A stretch of DNA of 64,000 nucleotides from Camelus dromedarius (lineage: Eukaryota): NCBI RefSeq assembly GCF_036321535.1, contig NC_087436.1, forward strand, positions 78,742,001 through 78,806,000, given 5' to 3'. The position numbers and the translations under genes were made by a program. Below, in pieces: positions 1 to 9,430 of this stretch; positions within the stretch are counted from its first letter, which is position 1, and each line of letters begins with the position of its first letter. The notes beneath the pieces were generated by a model. The model saw only the letters and a list, made by a program, of their open reading frames with translations. It was not told where the DNA came from and did no database searches.

Positions 1-266
1 GAGAAAGACAGCATCACATGCTATCACTTACTTGTGGGATCTAAAAAAAAAAAAGAGACAAATGAATTTATTTACAGAACAGAAACAGACTCAGACATAA
101 AAAACAAACTTCTGGCTACCAAAGAGGAAAGGGTATGGAAAGAGAAATTAAGAGTTTGGGATTTGCAGATACAGACTACTATATATAAAACAGATAAACA
201 ACAAGGTCCTACTGTTTAGGACAGGGAATTACACTCAGTATCTTGTAATAGCCTGTAATGAAAAAG

Positions 267-314
<48 letters not shown>

Positions 315-390
315 TAACTGAATCACTACACTGTACACCAGAAACTAACACAACATTGTAAATCAACTATACTTCAATGGAAAAAAAAAC
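1..390 (+). mobile_element. LINE-1 3' end (artiodactyl/camelid-type), cut by window edge
   Basis: Typical L1 3'UTR text (gagaaagac...atcactta...tgtgggatctaaaaaa; caacattgtaaatcaactatacttcaat) ending in an A tail at ~381-389. Similar to copies at 14105 and 63397. Confidence 0.9.
267..314 (+). repeat. (GATA)12 microsatellite inside the L1 3'UTR
   Basis: Perfect GATA tandem array read directly. Confidence 0.97.
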
Positions 391-482
391 TAAGTGGATT
401 GGACGACACGTGCCCACAACTTGGGTTGTGGAGATGTTAAAGGTGAGTAGGACAGCTTGCCTTGGCTGTGGAAGGTAAACTT

Positions 483-1216
483 TGATACAGGTAACAAGTA
501 GGAAGAGTTAGTTAGCAATCAGGCATATGACAAGAGTCTGGAACCCAGTCCCACAACCAGGCACCCCACTCTGTGGGCAACAGGCCAAGCATCTCCAATT
601 TTAACAGAATCTGTTGAAAGATGTCAGCTATGTTATGAGAGATCTGTACCTCTTGGCCCATTCCTCATAGTCTGGCTTGTACCTGCCGAGACTTAGTAAT
701 GTCATACAGCAGGAGGTACCCTGCGTGATGAGAAAACAGCTATTCTAATTTGGTGTCCAGGCATTTTACATTATACTTTATATACCAGGCATTTTAAAGT
801 ATAACCCTGCTCACACTCAGAGTCTGGACATTCACATAAGGACCTGAACTTAGGATTCCCACCCCAAGCTCCTGCTTTTGCTTTTCCTGGTGCACCTTTA
901 AATATAACCACTTAGAGCTGAGCCCCTGAAAAGTTAGTGACCTCCACTCCAACCACCTCATAGGGAACAGATGTTTGCTACGCTGCTCTCTGCCCCTGCT
1001 CCCTCCTGACGGAGGGCTGCCCTTTTCCCAGCTCACTGCGCTCCTCCCCACCAACCCATTTCTGGGATCTGTAAGTAGCAAATCTTGTAACTTTACTTTC
1101 TTTGTGTGAGTGTGTTGAAATTGTGTCTTTAAACAAAGGGACCCAGTTTTCACTTCACCAAAGTGGGAGCTCAGATGCCTAGGGAGCCACTGGTGTGGGT
1201 GGCTTGTGCCTTCTCA
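483..1216 (+). mobile_element. Solo LTR (ERVL, MER74/MER54-like), opposite in orientation to the adjacent ERV
   Basis: Begins TGATACAGG and ends GCCTTCTCA, with a degenerate polyA-signal region (taagtagcaaatctt ~1072-1086). No clear TSD found; family name is from memory. Confidence 0.5.
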
Positions 1217-1242
1217 TCCAGCAGGTCACAATCCGCATGTTC

Positions 1243-2400
1243 TTAATTGAACACACCTGCTCCAGGGCGGAGGGGAAGGAACACACCCTGAATGGCACAA
1301 CCCCCTCCCTCCCTGGCTAGTAAGTAGTCAAGGGCCACCATGTGGGCTAGAGACTCATGGGTTTGGTGCTTAAAGGACAATGTTTTGTGCAGGCTTTGAA
1401 GGTGCTGGCTGGCAGTTAAGATTTGATTTTGTTTGAGAAAGACCACTAGACTGGTGCCAATGCTGGCTGCTCCTGAGACTGTCTTATTACGATAGGAATA
1501 AATACTGTCTGATTTGTCTGGTGTCCTTGGGTTGAGGGAAGTGGGAAGCACCTGGTGGATAAAGAACTGGGAAACCCCAGTGTAACCACTGTGTAGGGTT
1601 TCATTAGAGAAATCGTAGGGGAGCCAACAAGGAAAAATATATAAGATGTTGTACCTATGAGTCTGGGTCACAATAGGACCTGAAGGTGCCATCATTCCGA
1701 GCACAGTGTACTGGTGAGAATGAGGTGCTGTGTGTAACCAAGGCAGAAGAATGGTTGTGGTGGTCATGGTTGGAGACAAAAGGCAAGAGACAGTGGCAGC
1801 AAGCTGGGTGGGGGTGGTGATGGGGATAAGAAAAAGCATCAGGGAGTGGGTAGTCCTCTTCCCAGGGAGTCAAGAGGTTGGCTGACATGAGGCAGGTGCT
1901 TTCTGGAGAAAGCAATAATCTCCATTCATTTTAGTAACCTCTGATTTCCCTTTAGGCACGGAAGTATAGAGTGTACATTTCAGCAGAGAGTAAGGCGTAT
2001 ACCAGAATCATGGGCAAAGCAGACAGTAGGCTCAGGAAGGAAGCAAAAATGTCCCATGTCCACTTTGTGCCACAGGAGAGGTGGTTTGGTCCATGGATGT
2101 CCCTGGGATGGAGGTTTTAGTGTAAGAGGTTAAGTCATCTCTGGCACAAGCAGGGGGGGTGAAGTCATCTCCAATGGCGAGTTCTTGGGTTGAGGCATTG
2201 TCATCTGCAGCCGTGAGATTCTGGGCCAGAGCAATATTGTCTGGGATGTGGGATTGGGGTAGCCTTTCCAAGTGGTTACCCACTCTAGTTGCTGTGGGCT
2301 TCCAGATTGTAAACCAATGAAAACACCCAGACCAGTAATAGTAAGATTAATAGTCAACAGAATGGTGCGCAGCTGAAACTGACAGGGTTTTTGTATTAGT
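1243..2400 (-). pseudogene. env: Retroviral env remnant (SU/TM)
   Basis: ORF 1243..1839 contains a fusion-peptide-like VSGAASIGTSLVVF and the immunosuppressive-domain motif ALDYLLAREGGGCA. The CX6CC motif and membrane anchor are lost; the SU boundary is approximate. Confidence 0.8.
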
Positions 2401-2814
2401 GCTGGTGGAAGTTTTGGTCCAGATGGGTCCTATATCAGATGTGCAGCTGCCTGGCCTGTGGAACAATCTATGATTAATGAGTCCTAGGAAAGTATGTGCC
2501 CTTGATCTGACCTCCAGCCCTCTGGAATGGGAGATAACATTGAAAATTTATAAAAATAAGTTAAGGCTTGGGGCAAGACAGAGAACTTTGGAGTTCACTA
2601 TTTGCTGTACTGGAATTTGAAAAGGAGTCATTTGAGAAGACTATATGTCTCTCAATTAAACTTTTATCTGAGATCTATCAGGGACACAAAAGTTCTACTG
2701 AGTACCTCTTCCAAGAGTTCACATTTTATATTTTGAAAAATGAAAATATCTTAGTTACTGCTAGTAATGTCTGTAACTCCGAAGGGGATAAGGAATGTCC
2801 TGGCAAAGTCCTGC

Positions 2815-4210
2815 ACGGTGGCCGTAGTATTTGCAGAAGCATGGGCCATTTTTATTTCTATTCTGGGTACCTGCGAGGCAAGAGATTTCTAAAGTATTTC
2901 ACCCTGAAGGGGATAATTTTTAGGCAATGGCCCAACAGTTTATAATAAATATGAAATGGGGCCATTGTTGGCCAGGACCTCCAGACAGTGAGATGACTGC
3001 CTGGAGTTTGGCCGAGTACACTGTTTCTTGGGTCCTGTCCTTTATCAGGGACACTCTGGCTAAAGGATGGAAAGTAACAACATCCCACTGAGTTCCATCA
3101 TGTGTGATGGTTAGCAGTGCCATCTGTACAGTACATGAATGCCAGCTGCTCTTCACTCAGTTAATCCAGTGAGGCTCCCTAAGTAGCCAAGGAGTCTGGG
3201 GGAGTGGTGACCTCCTCCAACACCCCGGCATCTGGCAAGGGACTGAAGACAAGGGAAGCCACGCCCTCCTTTAGGTGGAATGTGCCAGAGGGCCAGGTTT
3301 GGCTCCATCTTGTCTTAAGGAGGCCTTGTAGCCATGCTGATCATTTTTATGATCCAAAGCATAAGGGAACAGCTGGGTATGGAGAGTCACAAGCTCAGGG
3401 TCTGTTACAGCCTCTATTTCCAGGAAAGCTCAGTAGGTAGCCAGTCACTTGTTGTTTTAATGGTATTTAGCCTGAGACCAAGTCTTACATCAGAAGCCCT
3501 GGGGCAACCAATGGCCATGTTAAGTGGTCCAGAGGCTCCAGGAGGCATGAGAAGAGGTTGCCAAAGCCTTTGTAGTGAAGGTTTTGAAGACACTAACAGG
3601 AGTGCCTGAGGATTTTAATTTGTAAGTAAAATTCATAAATGACAAATGTCACCAGAATCCAAAAAGGACAAAATGATGTTTGGTTATTAACACACATTAA
3701 TGTGTCTCCAGTGAAAGTCCTTGGAGGAGGCTGTTAACAATGTGCTGTCAGACCTGTGCACCTGGAGAGGGTGCAGGTCTTGTCGGCGAAGACAGTGTGT
3801 GATGGCAAAGCTGCCCATGGGTAGCCTGGAAAAGGTGTTTTGTGTCCCTTCAGAGGTGGGGGCAAACTGCAGCTGAGAGTCTGCTGAAATAGGCACTGAA
3901 TTGGATATGTTAGCCAATCTGTAAGAGCGAAATATTTACTGGTTATTGATTGAATAGAATCATTAATTTCAATAATACTGGGGCCTTGATGAATGAGACC
4001 ACAGCATTAAGGTGGTAACACTCCATCATGAGGCACCATTCATTTACTTATTTTTCAGATTTAAGAACAGGCAAAATTGGACTGTCAAATAAAGAAGCAA
4101 TGGGGATGATCATTCTTTTACTTATTAGGTTTTATATAATAAATTTTAATCTTTGAAGATCCTATTTTAATTTATTTTGGTCCATATTAACTATTTTAAC
4201 TGGGGAAATG
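2815..4210 (-). pseudogene. pol: Retroviral pol remnant (RT + RNase H), class III-like
   Basis: RT N-terminus IIPIASLFDSPILPVLK...EWCLMMECYHLN (cf. SPFNSPIWPVxKxDGSWRMTVDYRxLN). RT core ANISNSVPISADSQLQFAPTSEGTQNTFSRLPMG (cf. DLANAFFSIP...QKQFAFSWQGQQYTFTVLPQG). RNase H CTDG...SAKLQAV...WPHFIFIINCWAIA (cf. SQWAELRAV...WP...YTDSWAVA). YxDD is destroyed. Confidence 0.85.
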
Positions 4211-4466
4211 GGATTCCATTTATCAAGCCAGTTCGTAAGTGCCAAAAACTTACATCGATTTTAATATATTATTCATGCTGTTAGAACATGTATGTCTAAA
4301 ATGGAATATTTTAGGGCAATGGGTTACATTAAAAGTGAGTTAAAGTGCAGTGAATTACAGTTAAAGACTAAAGTTAAAGTGAGACATACCTATTTTTTTC
4401 CTCTACTTTATATTGTTACTTTTTAAGGTTATAGGGGGCGTAATGGGTTATAGCGGGATGCACAGA

Positions 4467-4496
4467 TGTAACTCTAATTTAAGCCCCAGTATTAAG
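4467..4496 (-). pseudogene. Degenerate retroviral aspartic protease active-site motif
   Basis: Minus strand reads L-N-T-G-A-*-I-R-V-T (cf. LDTGAxxxVI), just upstream of RT. Confidence 0.6.
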
Positions 4497-4525
4497 TCCA
4501 GGAAGTTTTGTCAATTGGTGCATTT

Positions 4526-4620
4526 TAGCAGATATTAAACCTCTAGGTTGTAGAGGCACAGAAGCCAATCAGTAGCAGATATTAAACCTCTAGGTTGTAG
4601 AGGCACAGAAGCCAATCAGT
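4526..4620. repeat. Perfect 47-bp tandem duplication within the ERV
   Basis: tagcagatattaaacctctaggttgtagaggcacagaagccaatcag occurs at 4526 and 4573, identical. Confidence 0.97.
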
Positions 4621-6156
4621 GCCCTTTTAATCTTTTTGTTACAGAAATTCTTCAGTACAAAATCATTGTATATAACTTTTGGATTTCCAATTGGGTCAAA
4701 TAATGGAACTTTGTTTTATCTTAGTTATACACATATACATAATTTATTTAATTACTTTTAATTTATTTTTTCCCCTGTATTTAGGTTTTTTTGTTGTTCT
4801 TGTTGTTGGTTTAGTCAATAAGTAATCCAGGACTAGCATTATGTTCAATACACCTGGTTTTTGCTGGGCACATAAAGTTTAAAGTTCCCTTTTTTTCCGT
4901 TGGGCTTGCAGTCTCCAACAATTGCATTTTCTTTCCCCAAAGCTTTATTTACTTATTTAGCCACCTGAAAGGGGTGGTTTTTAGTTTTGCTAAAAGCGAA
5001 GGGAGAAAGAGGAAGGGACTCCCTGTCTCTGCGCAGAGGTCTCTCTCTCTCTGTGACATCCCCTCACCCACCACATGATAATTAGTCTTTTTTTTTTTTT
5101 TTTGGTCTCCTTTTCTTTTTCTCTGTTTTGTTAAACAAAATCTTTTCAAGTGTTTTTTTTTCCTCTCTCCTTGAATGTTAGTACCCAGGTCTGCTGTTCC
5201 AGAGTGACCCTTGCTGTGATGGGGGGGGCGCCAGACTCTCTCTCTAGAGGGTCCCCATCAACCTACCTCAGAGGGACTGGGGTCAACAAGTAGGAGGGCA
5301 ACACCAGCCTCAACTTTGTCTTTTAAATCTTTTGTGACAACTGAATTCTAAGGAGACTCTTCGCATGTCAATGGGTAGCAGAGCTCAAATTGACAGGGAG
5401 ATTTGCTTTCTCACACTAGCTGAGAAACCGCCTCAGGTGTTTGAGGGGTGCAGGATTAAAGTGCTCCTTCCTCCAGCTTTTTTTTTTTTTAAATCCCAGT
5501 TGAGCTACCAGTCTGCGTGGCTGGGACCTATGATATCCCTTGGGCTTGGAGGACAGAAGAGCGACAGCAAGCGATGCAGCAGACGAAGGGGTCTCCAACG
5601 CCAGCTGCACTGACCCTTACAGGGCCCCACCGCGGACACTCCGAGGGCGGGGGCATCGCCCGACACCGAATGGGAAGCGAGCACTTCTCCCCCAAGAGTG
5701 TCACTCAAAGCCCCAGGAGCGGTGTGGACAGGGTCCCGAGCCCGTAGACCAGGACATGTCGACCCCTCTGTTTTGGGGGCTAACACTCAGCACTCGGGGA
5801 CACTCCACGGTGGCTTAATCGAGACACCGGCAGAAGTTTTTCTCCAATTAGTCCAAGCTCCAGGACTGCAGGCGGAATGACAGGCAAGCTACCCAGTGGT
5901 TCTAGTGTCCCGGGCAGCCTCCTTCTGCGAGGCTCAGGCTGGGAAACGGCATTCCGGGCTCTCATATGAGACTTGGGGCACGGTCGCCCTTTAGGGTGGG
6001 GAGTCTTGGCGGCATTTGGAGGGGGCGCGCAAGGCAGCGCACGTGAACGCCAAGACACAGCCTTCCAAATGCTGGAGACCGGGCGCCAGGGCCCATTCAT
6101 CACCCAAGAGCAGTCCCAGGGCATCTCCGTGGGGTTTTCCGTCCGTGGCTTAGATC

Positions 6157-6174
6157 ATCCCATCCTCCTCGCCA
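6157..6174 (-). promoter_or_regulatory. Primer binding site, tRNA-Ser(GCU)
   Basis: Minus strand TGGCGAGGAGGATGGGAT, 2 nt after the LTR CA end. Plus strand atcccatcctcctcgcca differs at one position from the tRNA-Ser(GCU) 3' end atcccatcctcgtcgcca. Confidence 0.85.
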
Positions 6175-6176
6175 AT

Positions 6177-6584
6177 TGTGTCGTAAGGAATAATTGTTAC
6201 TTAAATGTTTGGGGTGGGTTTTGGTTCTGGATGATCGGTCGGGTGCAGACACGGAATAACACCGCGGAGAAGGGTATGAAAGTGAAAGAGCTTGATTATA
6301 GGTCCTCGAAGAGGGAGGCCCTGCGGACAGCGCAGGGAACCACGTTCGAGGAGCGGCCAGGAAGTGGCTTAACTTGGCAGGTGGGAGCAGGAAAAGTGAG
6401 GACCCGCGGGCAGTGCCTTTACTGGGGATCGGAGAAAGCGCACATGCAAAAGGTGCCAGGGGATTTCGTGGGTGTGTTTGAACATTACTGGGTCACAGTC
6501 AGGGGAGGGCAAGGGGTAACCTGTGGCTGGATCAGCCTATCACACTGACCCGCTGGTCTGGGCAAGGTGGATGTTGAGGCATCA
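6177..6584 (-). mobile_element. 5' LTR of the ERV
   Basis: Minus strand TGATGCC...CACA ends directly before the PBS and is CpG-rich. The right boundary is inferred from the switch to AT-rich L1-like sequence. Confidence 0.7.
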
Positions 6585-6890
6585 GGAGAATATGAAGAAA
6601 ATATGAATAAAGATTTTACAGAAGAATTACAAATGTCCATAATAAGTACACAGAATTTTGTCAACTTGAAGAACAATTGAGACAAAATTTAAAAAATCAG
6701 TTTCCCCATCCAAAAGAGACTTTTTTTTTTTTAATGGTAATACGTAGTGCAGGTTAAGACGTAAATAAATGGGCACTCTTTACACCACTGGTGAACCAGC
6801 TCTCTTACACATTCTGGGAAACAATTAGGTTGTAAGTATCAAGAGGTTAAGAGGCACCTATCCTTTGCCTTTGTACTTTTACTCAGGAGC

Positions 6891-7340
6891 GTGTACTGCG
6901 TTAAACACTGTCCCCCTCAAAAAAAGATATCGTTACCTGTGAATGTGACCTTGCTTGAAAACAGGGCCTATGCAGATGTAATTAACAAAGTATCTTTAAA
7001 AGAAATCATCGTGGATTTAGGGTAGGCCCTAAATTCAATGACTGCTGTCCTTACAAGAAAAGGAGAGGACACAGAGAGACATACATAGAGAAGAAGGCCA
7101 TGTGGAGACAGGCAGAGATTGGAGCGATGCTGCCAGGATCCAAGGAATGCCAGGAGCCACCAAAAGCTGGAAGAGGCAAGGAAAGAGTCTCCCTCCAGAG
7201 CCATCAAAGGGAGCATGGCCCCGCCAACACTTTGGTTTTGGATTTCTGGTCCCCAGAACTGTGAGAGAATCAATTTCCGCTATTTTGTGACGTGCTACTG
7301 AGTTTGTGGTGATTTGTTGTGGTAGCCCTTGACAACTACA
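6891..7340 (+). mobile_element. MaLR solo LTR (MLT1C/D-like)
   Basis: gtgaatgtgacctt...gcagatgtaatta...aaggaatgccaggagccacca-aagctggaagaggcaaggaa...cagaactgtgagagaat. Confidence 0.9.
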
Positions 7341-7996
7341 GAAACAATCAGCAATATGAACAAAAGCTTATATGTAATGATGTTCATCCCTACATTATTT
7401 ATAACAGTAAAAAATTAGGAAAGACTTAGAGCAATGAAAAATAGAAGAAGGTTAAGGAAGTTATAATATACACCTAATATACTCTGCAGCCATTGAAATG
7501 TATTTTGAAGAATTTCTAATGCCATAGGAAAATGCTTATGGTATACAAGTACAAAATTCAGGATACGAAAGCATATGTACAGTGTGATTCCCCAGTGCAA
7601 CCATATATAATACACATACTTATCTGTATGTATAACGCTGAGGAATAATGTGAGTAAAAAGTCCTAAATAGAAAGTAGCACAAAAATTCAACAGTAGACT
7701 AAAAGAAAAATAAACCATGCTCTAGGAGACCTTATCCCAGGAAATATATAATTATTATGATGAAGATAATGAAATACATTAATAAGTCATATAAGAGAAA
7801 TCCTACGAGGATGCTGAAAAGGCACTTGGCAAAATTTAGTTCTCATCCCTTACAAAATATCTAGGAAAACTAGGAGTAGAGGGCTTTATAATGAGTATCT
7901 CTCACAAACCATCAGCCAATATTATTTTTTGGTGTGAAAAGAGAGCTTTCCTATTAAACAAAACTAGTGTATGAATGAATACTATTACCATGATTA

Positions 7997-8390
7997 TGCT
8001 GAAAAAGAGATAACAGTCCCAAAATGGAGTCACTTGTACTTAGCGCATGTCACCAAAACCAAGAGTTAATACCTAATCTAACTTCTGTTTCAGCCTCTCC
8101 CAGAATGTAGCCTTCAACCAGTCAATCTGGAATTACTCAGTCAGCACTAGTGAGGTAATCTGTTTAGTAGACCCCTGTCTTCCCCCAGTTCCTTCGGGGG
8201 ACATTGCCTGAAACAATCCACTCTTTGCTAGAATAAATTCCTTGCCCTGCCTCCTTCTGCCTATAAAGTCTTCTATTTTGTACAGCTTCTCGGAACTCCC
8301 ATCACAGATGGGATGCTGCCCCATTTATGACTCATTAAATAAAGCCAATAAGATCTTTAATGTTTACTCAGTTGAATTTTCTTTTTAACA
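7997..8390 (+). mobile_element. ERV1 solo LTR (MER34-like) with 4-bp TSD ATTA
   Basis: TG...CA termini, aaaatggagtcact, TATAAA (~8262), AATAAA (~8338). ATTA flanks both ends (7993-7996 and 8391-8394). Confidence 0.85.
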
Positions 8391-9249
8391 ATTATTAACA
8401 CTGTTCAGGCAGGTTTTATCAGTTCAGTTAAAAACAAGAACAAAAATAAGGGGTCTGCTTATAAGAAATACAGAAGTGGGATTATTATCTGCAACAATAA
8501 GACCAGAGAATTGATTAAAATATTATTGGAGTTAATGAGTGTTCATATAAAGGGCTGGATAAAAGGTGAAAATTCAAACAGCTTTTAATTGTACAGGAAA
8601 AAAATGAAAACGTAATAGATTTACAACAGCAACAAAAGCCATAAAATATCTAGGACTATCTGTAATGAGAAATATACATGAAAAAAACCCCACAAAACTC
8701 TGAGCGATAGAAAAACTTGAATAAATTTTCCTGGAGGGTTAATTAGAATTCTGTGAAGAAAGCCACTCTCGCCAAATTAATTTAGAAGTATCAAAGAATT
8801 CAGTAGAAAAAACTCAAGGGGATTAATTTGAAATTTGATGGCGTTTTTAATGTTCATCTGCAATAACTGCTGAAATGCACAACTACATATAAAAATTGTG
8901 TCGAAGTCCCCCTTTGCAATCTACTTAATAATCCTAAGGAAAGTTAGTTCTATTTTGATGATTCACAGAATGATCTTCAATATCTCTACCTGGTATTGCA
9001 GTGGTTAAATTCATAAAGAAGAGATTACCATTCATTACTTGGGAGACTTCAAAACTGAAGGGTATTTTCTTCTAAAGTTTTTTTTTCTCCTGTGCATTAT
9101 TTCTTTTGTACTTTATTCCTTTTTATCCTGGCTAATGTCCTCAAGGGAAATGCCAGCCTCTGCAAAGCTTTGTGGTTATTTTGAAGTATCCGTCAAAACC
9201 TTTTTATTTACATATTAAACTTTATTTTCACACTGGCATAAAGACAGGC

Positions 9250-9430
9250 TGGTATAGTAAAAGAGTGGTCTGGATTTGAATCACAGCTCTGCCTCTTTCA
9301 CGTTGTGTTCCAATTTATTTATTTTTGAAAAGTAGATTAATGTACCTACCTTAAATATTTGTTGTGAGGATGTAGTAACATAATTATGACCTAGCACAGA
9401 GCTTGGCACATACTAGAAACTTAGTATGAT
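9250..9430 (+). mobile_element. MIR SINE fragment
   Basis: tggatttgaatcacagctctgcc...tacctacctt...gttgtgagga...agcacagagcttggcacata. Confidence 0.7.

Larger units (their letters stand above)
1217..6584 (-). mobile_element. Endogenous retrovirus, class III (ERV-S/ERV-L-like) pol with env remnant; 5' LTR present, 3' LTR not in window
   Basis: Minus-strand order is LTR, PBS, leader, protease motif, RT, RNase H, env. All coding parts carry stops and frameshifts. Confidence 0.85.
6600..8900 (+). mobile_element. Highly diverged old L1 (L1M) fragments interrupted by LTRs
   Basis: A-rich ORF2/3'UTR-like text (gatgctgaaaaggcacttggcaaaatt; caaaccatcagccaatatt; aaatatctaggac). Confidence 0.6.

Noticed and set aside
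1655..1915. His/Cys-rich ORF (HHHPHPACCHC)
   Set aside because: Alternate-frame reading of the Thr-rich env SU remnant.
5973..6548. 191-aa plus-strand ORF antisense to the LTR/leader
   Set aside because: Non-ATG start, GC-rich and no homology; likely incidental.
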